Below, in pieces: positions 36,291-49,204 of a stretch of DNA of 64,000 bases (position 1 is the first letter of the stretch; each line of letters begins with the position of its first letter). The notes below the pieces were generated by a model, which saw only the letters and a program-made list of their open reading frames with translations, was not told the DNA's origin and ran no database searches. The stretch comes from Octopus vulgaris (lineage: Eukaryota). The position numbers were made by a program, and so were the translations under genes. The stretch is taken from assembly GCA_951406725.2 (NCBI GenBank), contig OX597838.1, positions 1,488,001 to 1,552,000 of the forward strand. Direction: 5' to 3'.

Positions 36291-37790
36291 TTTCTGAACA
36301 ACACTGCCACCCACCACCATTCCGACCTCTCCGACGGTTTTCCTGCTGGTGCTGTTGTTACGGCCATCACCGCCATCACCGCCACCACCGTTGCTATTTT
36401 TGCTGCATTCCTTGTTGTCGGTGGTGATGTTCCGACAGCTAGGGCTGGTTTTTTTCCCCAGCCTTTGTATTGGTGTCAGCAGAGGTCTACGGACCCCTGA
36501 ACTTTTTCGTTGAGGACAGAGTGCTTGTAAGTGTGTAGATTCACCACAAGCGAAGCAGTGTGGCCTTCTGCTCTCGGTGATCAAGGATAATTTCGTCCGA
36601 GGTGGACTTAGTCGAGTATGTTCTCCAAGTCTCGTGGTTTTATTTGGATTAGCATTTCCAAATCCATCCCAACCTAGTCTTCTCTTAGCGTCCGTTGGAC
36701 TAGTTGGACTTTTAGGAGGAGAGTGTCGCTGTCTTCTGCGATCACGCATCCCACGATCCACCATATGTTGATACCTGGTGGTATTCCGGGGACTCGAACT
36801 TTTATTGTTCTTCTACCCATGTAGGACTGGTACTTCATAAGCTGGTTAGTTTTAAGAGGTTTCATCGAATGCTTCATGGCCAGCTCTTCTGTTTTAAAAA
36901 GACCGAGATCGTACCAAGACTTCGGGCCCTTTGAATGAATTCGACATTCTCTCTGATTGATCTCAGTGCCATCTCCACTTGAAGGTGGGGTGGGGGTTGT
37001 TCTACTCTCCCAGACTGTACCGAGACGCAACTGTACTTTACTGTCCTCTTCTCAGTTTCCATCTCCCCTTCGGTTGGAATTACAAGGTTTGCTCGGGTTT
37101 TTTTCCTCATTTTATAAGTTTGTGGGCCAAGACTAGCATCTCTTTTTTGTTGGCGATGTCTATCTCACAGTACTTCTGTTGGCATTTCACAGTTGCTACT
37201 GCAAAAGTTCTTGTTCCGCTCTAACTGTTGATAGTGGTGGTGGTGGTGGAATCATTCCTGTTGTTACTATTATTGTTACTTCCAAATACGTCCGCCTCCC
37301 TCTTGCTGGTGTTGACGTTGGCATTGGTTGCGTTCTCATCGATGTCTTTGTTGTCGTTATTCGTTCTGTTATTGTTTCTTGTTGAGCTTCTCTGTTCCGC
37401 GTCGTTGAAGTTGTTATCTTCTGTGTTGATATCAGTTATCATGGTATTTCCCACAATATTTCTGTTTCAGGAGTTGGCAGTTACATTTTTGTTGTCTATC
37501 CACCAATCGAGTGTTAGTGTGTTCTCCACTGTGTCGCTTTTCTCTGTCGGAATACTTCTTTGCTCTTTGCGGTTAATTTTATCGCTCTCCATAGAGTCTA
37601 TGGTACTCTTGGATTCGTTATCAGTTTTGTCCTCGAAATTGTTGTTTGTGTCAGCGAAAATTACATTTCCGTGACTCTTCTTGTTGTCATAAGCTGGTTT
37701 ATTTTGCGTTAGAAAGTTACACCCATGCACGGCATTTTTTGCTTGCGAACATGTAAACATTTCGCAAATACTAATATTTGGGCCCAAGGC
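36290..37790 (-). pseudogene. Decayed gag-like / LINE ORF1 with a CCHC zinc knuckle and an Asn/Thr/Asp-rich N-terminal region
   Basis: Frameshifted ORFs 37467-37787, 37221-37454, 36874-37110, 36674-37030 and 36258-36764. CFACGESTHLQALC (C-x2-C-x4-H-x4-C) at 36516-36557, with YMGRRTIKVRVPGIPP upstream. Confidence 0.7.
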
Positions 37791-37869
37791 CCAAGTATCA
37801 TTTAGTTCTTTTCTCTGGGGACAAAGTCTATTATCTTATGCTCCTTTTAAACAATAACATCAACACGAA

Positions 37870-38052
37870 GACGGGGAAGGGGTTTAGTCGATTACATCGA
37901 TCCTAGCACTTGACTAGTCCTTAGTTTATCAACACCGAAAGGATAAAAGTTAAAATCAACCTCGGCGGAATTCGAACTCAGAACGTAAAGACGGACAAAA
38001 TGCCGCAAAGCATTATACCCGGCATGCTAACAATTCTACTTACTCGCCGCCC
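37870..38052 (-). mobile_element. Family A SINE
   Basis: cctcggcggaattcgaactcagaacgtaaagacggac...ctcgccgcc. Confidence 0.85.
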
Positions 38053-38162
<110 letters not shown>

Positions 38163-39382
38163 TATACATATATATATATAAAGAGAGAGAGAGAGTGAGA
38201 GAGAGAGAGAGAGGGTGGGTGGTAGAAAGACAGAAAAACATAGGTAGGAGGTATATTTATATGGAACACAAAATACAGGTCACAGAATAACGAAAAAAAG
38301 AAAACACAACAGAACAGAAAAAGTATGCAAAGTCTTACCTCGACAGCTGTTTCAAGACTGTCGTAATTTACGTAATAAACATATTGATGTGTAACATGTT
38401 CGTGATGTCATAGGTGTGTTTCCTGCGACAAGTCCGGATGAAATTGTAAAATGTAAGCTGGTTGTCCATTCTCAACAGCAAAATGGTAAATGAATATTTC
38501 GCAGAAGTTTTTAGAAATATAAAGAGAGTGGGAGGGAAGCCGATGGAATAGATGAATAGAAGTGGTGGCGGGTTTAAGAATAATCTATGTCATTCGATAT
38601 GTTCGAGTAAAAGATAGAATGCATTATAAGCGTTGCTCCGACATGACCGCATTCCAATGATCTAAATGCAGTAAAAATTGTGTAAAAGTGTGTCTGTCTC
38701 GGCAGCAAAGTATCGCTGACGAGTGTGCCATTGATTTCCATAAAGTCCTTCCTCTTATGTACTTGGCGACATACAAGCTCAGTTGGGTTAACTGCCTCCA
38801 TATTCAAAACATCGACATGAAACTCTCGCGTATTACCCTATAACCTTTTCGTCTTATAGGTTTACATAGAGAGTCTCTCCCTAAACAGTGTCACGTATTG
38901 ATTAAAGAAACACAAGACTTTATAATTCTGAGATATCAAGAAGCAGTCGCTATTTTATTCCCAATGGCTTTTCTTGTCGCCGTCAGAATTATGCTCTGAA
39001 ACCATTGTCATATCCAATTTTTTTGTTATAACTGTATTCACCAAAACGATTGTAGAATTATTTCAAAAGATTTAAGGTGGATCTGTCGTGGATTAGTGAT
39101 ATAAAACACACCCGCTTATCTGGTAGAGATTTGTGGATTTGGCACGTTCTCTTAATCTGTACAACATTTTAATTTAGAAGATGCATCCATGTTATACGCC
39201 AGGGTTACAAAGAGAAATGTTTTATATGTAAGCTGCAGGGTGTGTGCGGGGTGGGGTGGGTGGTGATTGTATGTGTGTGTATATCTGCGTGCGTTTTTAT
39301 GTATATCAAAAATATATACATATACATATGTGCTCATATAGTTATGCATATGCACATATATTTTAATACACACACACATATA

Positions 39383-39441
<59 letters not shown>

Positions 39442-39505
39442 GTATATGTATGTATGTATCATACATTTATACAAATATGCATACACAAACACACACACTC
39501 ATCTA

Positions 39506-39578
<73 letters not shown>

Positions 39579-39771
39579 ACATACATGTGCATTTATATAT
39601 ACGGGCAAAAACAGGCACATTTGAATATAAATACATATATATATATATAAATCCACATATAAGTATATAATCCTATAGAGATATATTTACACACGCACAT
39701 GTTTATGTATTTACATTTATAAGTATGTACACACACACACACGCACATACGCGCGCACACACATATATCTT

Positions 39772-39826
<55 letters not shown>

Positions 39827-40348
39827 ATAAATAGATACACACTGCACAACACAGACGCATAATATTTCCTATTAAGCTAATGCCATATATCTTTGCTACA
39901 TGAAAGAAACACGACATCCACCCTCTCACCTCCAAAAAGAAGAAAAGAACAACAACAGCAAGATTCTATAAAAGAGCTGGCATCTCCGTATTGAAGTGAA
40001 TCTGTTTGTTATCGGAAAGTGACGGAAAGTGACGGAAAATGACGGCCAAAATAGGTTTCTATTAGAGTTTGCCATTAGCGACAAACATAGCAGTACAATT
40101 GTTGATTTATAATCAAACAAATGGAGCTTATGTCAGTAATTAACTTGAGTGCTAACCTTCAAATGAAGTTTCAAAAAATTATTCCCACTCTCACTCACTC
40201 TGTTTCTCCCTCTTTTTCTCATTTATCGCTCTTCCTTTTTCTAAAGTTCTTTTTTCTTTTCTCTTTCTACCTCTTCACATCAATTTTACGCCATTTTAAA
40301 TCGCTACCCTCGATCACACGCGTTTTTCCGATGGAATGTTCCTCTCCC

Positions 40349-40409
<61 letters not shown>

Positions 40410-40765
40410 TACACATGTATGTATGCATGCATGTATGTGTGTATGTATGTATGTATTTATGTATACATATACACACATACGTGCGGGTATTTAAATCCAT
40501 GCATGCGAGTCAGTGTGTGCATGTGTGTAATGTACTTGATTGTGTACAGTAGAGGCGACCTTCCTTGCGTGTAGAAAGAGGCGCTTAAGTAGTGTAGCAC
40601 CTCCTTAAATATACGTGATTACATGTATACAGGCTGCGGTGTGTCTAGAGCAGAAGTCAGGGTGGTTAGATAAATGTATGCGTATATGTATGTATGTATG
40701 TATATGTGAGTGGGTCTGTACGTATGTGCTTCTATCTATTAATCTCTCAATCAATCAATCAGCCT

Positions 40766-40826
<61 letters not shown>

Positions 40827-40840
40827 CCATACATGTGTAC

Positions 40841-40873
<33 letters not shown>

Positions 40874-41031
40874 TGTATGTATGTATGTATGCATGTATGT
40901 ATGTTGCGGAGACGTAAACACAACAGCACGGGTAAGTCAAGCGGTGATGGGGTTGGGGAAAACACACGCAAAAGCACATACATAAATATATGCATATATA
41001 CATATACATACATATACACACACCTATACAT

Positions 41032-41085
<54 letters not shown>

Positions 41086-41094
41086 ACACGCACG

Positions 41095-41168
<74 letters not shown>

Positions 41169-41344
41169 CCACAATCCGATGGTGGATTGATTCAGACGAC
41201 GTACATCTGATGAAACCCATAGTTTCAGCCTTTATTCGTTTCGGCTGATTGAATTAAAGCATTCAATCTTTAGACTCGATGTTCATCACTTTTTCTTCCT
41301 TTCATGAGCGTTAATCTATTAACCTGTATGCGTGTACATGTGCA

Positions 41345-41401
<57 letters not shown>

Positions 41402-42019
41402 ATATGCCTATATATCTATATATATATATACATATATATGTGCATATTTTTATATATATGTATGTATGTTAATATATGTATATACACACACACACACACA
41501 CACACATATATGGATGAAAAGAGAGAGAAAGATGAAAGGGTGAGAGTAGGAGAAAGATGTTGTTGCTGTTGTTGTCGTTGTTGGTGGTTGTGGTGGTGGG
41601 GAAGTAGCTTAAGTGTGGCCATGTTATCAGTTGGCTGAAGACTGTAGCAGTTGTCTATAAGATCCTGCATCAGGAAATATCAGCAAGCTATTTTACATTG
41701 CCGTCAACAGTTTGCACTTAATGCATTTTCCAATTTGCACTCATTCAAATGCAACGTCTGTTAAATGAATCCATGATTTGCCTTACTGCAATTAGACTGT
41801 GTATATCTCTTTCTAGCCATTTCTCTCTATCTCTCTGTTCGCCGGCTTTCTGTCTGTCTATCTGTCTGTCTGTCTCTGTTCGCACATACTTTCCCTCATT
41901 CATGCACACACACTCAAACACCCAAACACACCTATCTACCTGTGTGCTTTTGGATATGTAAATATAGCTATCTATATAGATATTTTTCTTCTACTTATTC
42001 GTCTTTTGTGCTTACTCCC

Positions 42020-42129
<110 letters not shown>

Positions 42130-42544
42130 GTCTATCTCCATCTCAGTAAAAGTAAAGCTAGTGGCCGAGTCATTCGAGATGAAATGAAGATTAATGTGAA
42201 TTCAACAAAATTCTTTTGACGTAGATTCCTGATTGTACCAAGTCACAAGGCAGATGTTCTGCGTACTTGTTGCATTCAGATATAGTTTATCATATTTATC
42301 ATAGATGATTATCAGAGTTATTACCACTGAGCTATAGATTAATCACAGTTACTACACTGAGCTAGAGAGATTAACGCTGCCATTCCCATTGAACTGGAGA
42401 TCAGAACTGTTAATACAGCTCTTTAGCACTGACCGAATTCTCCTAAGTGCTGACAGTTACTTGTATCAGATTATTTCGGAATCAACTAGAGATACTGGTG
42501 CGAAATTTGACTCATATGCTAATGCATTTCTAGCTAGACTACTC

Positions 42545-42808
42545 TGTTGTTGTTTGTTCCTTCTCGAGCCATGCCTGGCTCATAAGGGCCGTTTTCACGG
42601 TTTCCTTGGCGTATAGTTTCCCCACCTGGACGGGACGCCAGTCCGTCGCAGGTGAGCTGCAAGATGCAGGAGGAAAGAGTGAGAGAAAGTTGTGGCGAAA
42701 GAGTCAGCAGAAGTTCGCCATTACTTTCTGTCGAAGCCGCATGGAGCTTAGGTGTTTTTCTCATAAACACACACATCGCCCGGTCTGAGATTCAAACCCG
42801 CGATCCCT
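42545..42808 (-). mobile_element. tRNA-derived SINE with V-SINE/HE1-like 3' segment
   Basis: Reverse strand B-box-like gggtttgaatctc, then cctgcgacggactggcgtcccgtccagg and an (AAC)-rich tail. Confidence 0.7.
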
Positions 42809-43996
42809 CTGGCCTGGGTTGTATGCATTCACCAAAATATCGGGTGAAATAACTACCAAAACACCCGAGAGAAGTTTTACAGTGATTTATCTGTTCCCCT
42901 CTTGGTGGAAAATTGGTATTATTATTATGTGCGAATGTGAGACAAAATACAGCAAGTATTTTGTCCTACACTCACACACGACAAGGTCAACTTTGTCTTT
43001 CGCGTTTTTGTGATCAACAAAATAAATTATCTGTTCAGGGCGGCGAAATTGTTAACGTGTCAAATAAAATGTCACATCTCTTGACCGTTTAAATATTGCC
43101 AAGGTCAGTTTTGCCTCTTTTCCCCTCTTGAGTCAATGAAATAAGGAACCAGTCAAAGAAATGCGTGTACAGTTTTCTTTCTCTGTGGGTGTCAAGTTGT
43201 TGAGGGTCCGACTAGGTCAAGGTACCCGAGTGAAGAGAGTGTATGTACTACTCGTATCTACAAGGTTATACTAGATGCCGAGTGATGGCCGAGTTCTGGA
43301 ATAGATTCCAGACTATTTAGAGGAATGTCACTTGTAGTAGGCTAGCGTTATATACAGGACCGCATTAGTCTCACTTCCAACCACTAAGAAATCGTATCGA
43401 AAAAAAAAAAACCCGCTTCTTTACTGCCGCGCCCCCAACCAAAGTAGTTTTAGAGAGCATTTACACGTCACAGGTTTACATTACAAACCAACAAAGTCTT
43501 TGTTGTCTGATGTATTGCTAGAAATAACTGCCATATCTCCTTCAAATCACTCCCTATCATCTTAAATTCCATTATAGATTATAAGTACACGCATGCATTG
43601 ACATGGGATTGACAAGGATGGAGCGCCTTTGATCACGTGTCTGACTTCAGACTTAGCAGCAACAACGATTACAGCGTTACAAGTGCCGTCCCAGTGACAC
43701 GAACTGAGGACCCCATTGTTGAGGATTGTGTTAAGTGATATCTTATTAACAATCTCTTATCGAATATCTATTGAATCTGTTTGATAGGTGGGGCGAGGTG
43801 GGAGCGGCGAAACTACTGTACTAAATATAGATTGTCAAACAATAATAATGTTCGCTACGCTGATCTAAAATTCCAATTACAGATGAATAGTTTTAGATTA
43901 AATTTATAGGGAGGCAGATAAGAATGAAGGCAAGATCATCATCATCATCTTCACTTATCGTTATCATCATCTATTATACATTGCTATAATTATTAC

Positions 43997-44031
<35 letters not shown>

Positions 44032-44204
44032 TTTGGTAGTGGTGTGTTTTGGTGGATTTTTATCTGTTTAGTTACAATAATGGAATTTGAGTGAAAGATT
44101 AAATATATCGCATTTTTGATAATTGTATCCGCGATATGTGTTGGATATCGTTAATACAACACAACAACAACAACAACAACAAATAACATCAACAGAACAA
44201 TAGC

Positions 44205-44605
44205 AACAAGGCCAGCGCATTTAGGAGTGAGGCTAAGTCGATTACATCAACCCCCACCCCTACCGCGAGCTCAACCGGTATTTATTTTATCGACCCCTAA
44301 AAGATAAAAAGTAAAACCGACCTCATTTGAACTGAGAACGTCAAGTACCGTAACTAAATAGCGCAAAGCAACTTGTCAGACGCTCCAACGATTTTGCCAG
44401 TCGACCGCCTAATTTGTTTCTTATATAAACACAAGGTCTGGAATCGAGGTCAGAGGTTAGATCGATTCCATCGACACCAATACTTGGCAGTTGGGGGCTC
44501 TACTTTATCGACCCCGGGGGGATGAAAGACAACACTGACCTCTGCGGCATCTGAACTCAGAAAACGGATAGCGTCCTAACTAAATATCACAAGACGTTGG
44601 ATCCG
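44205..44605 (-). mobile_element. Two adjacent family A SINE copies (44205-44410 and 44430-44605)
   Basis: Each has ttatcgacccc...gat(g/a)aaag...gacctc...tgaact(c/g)agaa. Confidence 0.75.
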
Positions 44606-44609
44606 ATGC

Positions 44610-44748
<139 letters not shown>

Positions 44749-45441
44749 TTTGTTTTACTTTTGAAATTTAAAATAGTTTCGTGATAAAAGAGAAGAATGA
44801 GATGAAAACTAAAAAACAAACAAAAGAAAAACGAAAACAAAAAGGGAGAAACCAAAAAATGGAAAATAACCCCATGAAAAAATCCATCCTCAAAGACTGG
44901 ATTCTGTTTAACCCTTTTGTATAAGAAACCTTTCCATGTTTATATTTGACGTTCAATTTGCATATATTTGTGGACTTTTAAATCGATTTGTGTACAGAGT
45001 GTGAAGTGACGCTTATTGTGATACAAATTTGACTGTAAGACAGTGGTTGTTGCTGTTGTTGTTGCTATTGGTGGTGGTGGTGGTGGTAGAGAAGGTAGGT
45101 GTTACGCATTTTGTGGTTTGGGGAGGAAACGAGCTGATGGAATGTCTTGTATGAGAAATGGCGTAATAATGTACTCATAGTAGATGAAGAGAGAGAGAGA
45201 GGGGGAGAGAGAGGGGGAGAGAGTGATGATGGAGAGAAGCGTAGGAAGGAAGATGGAGAAGAGAGGTGAAGAGGGGAAAAAGGAAACACTAAGAGGATGC
45301 TAGAGAGAATTATAAGGAGAAAATAATGCAAGGTAGGAGAGAGAGAAGGAGAGATAGAGAGAGAGGGGAGGATGTAGAAATGTGAAACATCCTTGATGTC
45401 TTGTGATGTGGTATTTGTGGTGGTCGTAGTGGTGGAGGAGG

Positions 45442-45490
<49 letters not shown>

Positions 45491-45687
45491 GACTGTTGAA
45501 ATTGTTTATAGACGAACGACGATGAAAAGCAAATATACAACATTACAACGTACAAAAATTGTAAAAAGCTAAAAACCAAAATCTCTGTCAAGTTACAAAA
45601 GCTACACAAATGCTTGTGTACACGAAATATATTTCTAGATGTGTATATAAAGCCACTTAAGTGCTCTCAACCTTCATACTTATACGG

Positions 45688-45788
<101 letters not shown>

Positions 45789-46300
45789 AACATACCAGTA
45801 AAAAAATATACAAAAGTTACGCCAAAAACTCAAGAATACAAAGAGTAATTATTTTGCAGTTATTTAACAATTGGCTCGCAATCTATTATAATGTGGAATA
45901 ATTGGTTAAACATTACATAAGTTGTTAGAATTATTGTTAGCATTATAGCATTGTAAAAATGATAAGAATTAAAACAGTCTCTAAAATTGGAAAATCGTTA
46001 TAATTGCATAAACGTATAACCACATCAATGAATAAATCAATAGAGAAATGAATAAATAAATATGTGTATATTTATTTATAAATATAGTTTGTGTAATAAT
46101 TACGACGGCCTTAACACCGGTAACGATTAAGGGAGGGCTTAGGAAGAATATCATGACAGAAGCAGAAATGACAATTACGTTTGCATTCGGATATTTATGT
46201 TTGTAGCGTGTAATGTGAAGAGTGGGAGGTTGGCAGCGGGTAGGGTGTGAAATGTAGGATACGAGCTGAGATGGTTTCGTTTTGTAGGAGGAAAGAAATA

Positions 46301-46348
46301 GAGGCTTCTGACGAACCGGTTATAATCAGGCGAAACTAATCGAGCTTT
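46301..46348 (+). ncRNA. Type I hammerhead ribozyme motif, canonical core, slightly decayed stems
   Basis: GAGGCUU-CUGACGA-ACCGGUUAUAAUCAGGC-GAAA-CUAAU-C-GAGCUUU. Confidence 0.65.
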
Positions 46349-46354
46349 GCTTCT

Positions 46355-46355
<1 letters not shown>

Positions 46356-46437
<82 letters not shown>

Positions 46438-46470
46438 TAGATAGAGAGGGAGATAGATAGATAGATAGAT

Positions 46471-46507
<37 letters not shown>
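46356..46507. repeat. (AG)n/(AGAT)n microsatellite
   Basis: Seen directly. Confidence 0.95.
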
Positions 46508-46508
<1 letters not shown>

Positions 46509-46567
46509 GCTGAGTGCACCCTTTTTTAAACTGTTTATATATATATGTACGTGCGTATGCTTGCATG

Positions 46568-46601
<34 letters not shown>

Positions 46602-46725
46602 GTAATCGTCATCGTCGTCGTCGTCACCATCATCATCATCATCGTTTAATGTTCATATTCCATGCTAGCATGGGTTGGATGGTTTGACGGGAGCTGGCCA
46701 GTAGAAGAGCTGCCTAGGCCTTTCT
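46568..46725 (-). mobile_element. 3' tail of a SINE/LINE ending in (GAT)n
   Basis: Reverse strand tcaaaccatccaacccatgctagcatggaatatgaacattaaacgatgatgatg. Confidence 0.6.
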
Positions 46726-46798
46726 CCAGCACTCACACACATGTATGTATGTATGTGTATGTATGTATGTATGTATGTATGTATGTATGTTTATGTCA

Positions 46799-46876
46799 GG
46801 TCACTTTCGAGTGCTAGTGGTAACATGTAACCCAGTACAATCTGCTGCATGATCGGGTCGTCGGCGACTAAACTGG
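46799..46876 (+). ncRNA. HDV-like ribozyme candidate
   Basis: P1 GGUCAC/AUGAUC, P2 CCAGU/ACUGG, P3 ACA/UGC with L3 AUCUGC, GGG, P4 UCG(UCGG)CGA, J4/2 CUAA. Confidence 0.5.
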
Positions 46877-47362
46877 CAACCCCTCCAAGCTTGCTTGGTG
46901 AGGAGGGTGTTTATTGGACACCCTGCGGGATGAAAAACAAAACCCGACGAAGGGCGGAGGAACTCTTGAGAGTCAACGGCCATCCAATAAATGCCTTAAG
47001 GCTGTATCAAGCGCGGGGACATAGAAATAACCGGACAGAATACCCAATCGCGCGGTTAAACCATTGGAAGTGAAGGACTCCTAGCCTTTGTTAGGGCATC
47101 CTTCTAAGAGAAGGTAACTCAGGTAACTGGGATAACTCCGAAATAAAACCTGCAGCTCAGTGGTTACCGATGATGTTGACTTGTTCTTCTTTTCGGATTA
47201 TAGCTGCTGTTGCTTAGTGAGTGGGATTGACTCAGTGCACAGCCTTTCCTCACTTAAAAAAAATCTTCTTGCACAGGCATTGCACGATTACAACATTGAT
47301 TAAGCTTTGTGCAATGGCCATACTCGATAACGAGGGTCAGTCACCATGTATGTATGTATGTA
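46799..47362 (+). mobile_element. Non-autonomous RTE-related retroelement with (ATGT)n tail
   Basis: gggcatccttctaagagaaggtaactc...aaataaaacc resembles the RTE 5'UTR motif GGGCAACC..CTAGGAGAAGGAAAACTC..AAACC. It has no coding capacity and sits within a (TATG)n tract. Confidence 0.65.
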
Positions 47363-48523
47363 TTTTGTCGTTTATTGAACTTCTAAATATTTAGATAAAT
47401 ATACAGCATTTGTTGTATTCTGTTTTGATTAGTTCAATGTTCAATACACGACACGAAACCTGGTTAGTTTCGACCAATTGCTTCCGTTGACAGATAGTCG
47501 TGAACTCGCCCGGCTAGGAACCGACCCGAGGTTAGGCAATGACAACTATGGCGTCAAACTAGAGAAACCCGAACCTCAAACGATCGTTAGACAGTGAGGT
47601 CTACTAATCCATGCGCCCTCCATGAGTTCTACTAATCCATGAGACTCCAAATCCATGTCCCCCTCCCTCTCTCCCTCTCTCGCACATACACCCACAGACA
47701 TATACCAATGGAGTTTAAAATTGACAACATCTGCTTTCGCAGTAATGTATTGATGACCATTTAGCTTACATCATGACTAAAATCTAAACAAATAATTAGA
47801 CAAGCAGAGATTTTAGGTTGATCGACTCACCAATACACTTGGCAAAAACTTCACTTGTTCTCGCCATGTATCCACATACATACGCTCACATAATCTTCAT
47901 AAACACACTCACATAATCTTCATAAACACACACATGCTTGCCCCCGCACACATACATAAAGCACTCGCCCATACACACACATATACACACGCATGCATTA
48001 TCTCCAAATACACACACTTGCTTGCGCATACACACTTTAGCCAGGTCACTGCTGTCTCTCATGCCACCCTTGTCTTCAGCCATTTCCTTCCTTCCGGTCA
48101 ATTCAATACGCGCCGTCGTTAATCCAGGTACATTTTTTTCTCTCTCCGTTATTTTTCCCTTTCATCTATTCTCTCTCCTCTTTCCTGTCCATAGAAGAGC
48201 GTGGACACGAAACATCAAAGACTTCTTCCATTTTTCCTGAGCATCAAACTAAACCACCTTCTTTGTTGCTCTCTCACCTGTCTCTGTCTTTTGTTTTTTG
48301 CACACAATTTTGAAGCATATCTAATATGGAGGAGATTCACCACACATATGCGAACAGCTGCACAAGTGGCTGACATTAACCACAAATGCTTTGGTTGTCG
48401 ACGGCTGCAGAAGTGTTTACTGCTCTTTAACACCCACACCCCCATCAATCATCGTAACCTTCAGTATCTTCGCCAACAAGTAGCAGTCAGTAAATGTATT
48501 GCTCTCCACCGCCATCACCACCA

Positions 48524-48524
48524 T

Positions 48525-48605
<81 letters not shown>

Positions 48606-48640
48606 GACGACGACGACGACGACGATGACGGCGATGACGG
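48524..48640. repeat. (TAC)n(GAC)n microsatellite
   Basis: Seen directly. Confidence 0.95.
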
Positions 48641-48787
48641 TCGTCGTCATCGCCACCACTACCACCGTTACTACCGCTGACGCCACTACTTCCACCACCA
48701 CCAGCGACAATTTAAATTTTGAATTCGACGATGGCGACATCCTCGCAACCTGCCATCACAACCACCACCTCGAACACTAACCCCACC

Positions 48788-49204
48788 TTTTTCTTTACTA
48801 CCCACAAGGAGCTAAACACATACGGGACGAACAAGCACAGACAAATGGATTACGTCGTTTATATCGACCCCAGTACGAAACTGGTACTTATTTTATCAAC
48901 CCTGAAAGGATGAAAAGCAAAGTCGACTTCGGTGGGACTTGAACTCAGAACGTAGCGGCAGACGAAATACCTATTTCTTTACTACCCACAAGGGGCTAAA
49001 CACAGAGAGGACAAACAAGGACAGACACACGGATTAAGTCGATTAGATCGACCCTAGTGCGTAACTGGTACATATTTAATCGACCCCGGGAGGATGAAAA
49101 GCAAAGTCGACCTCGGCGGAATTTGAACTCAGAACGTAGTGGTAGACGAAATTCCGCAAAACATTTCGCCCGGTGCGCTAACGTTTCTGCCAGCTCGCCG
49201 CCTT
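48788..49204 (-). mobile_element. Dimeric family A SINE (full copy plus 5'-truncated tandem copy, alternative tail)
   Basis: ctttactacccacaagg...aaagtcgac(c/t)tcgg...gaactcagaacgtag repeated twice. Head ctgccagctcgccgcc at the right end. Confidence 0.9.

Noticed and set aside
38932-39014. gatat...GAAACCAUUGUC-atatc with partial stems, and IIYVIR near 38580 suggesting GIY-YIG
   Set aside because: The CUGA core is missing and no further endonuclease motifs could be read.
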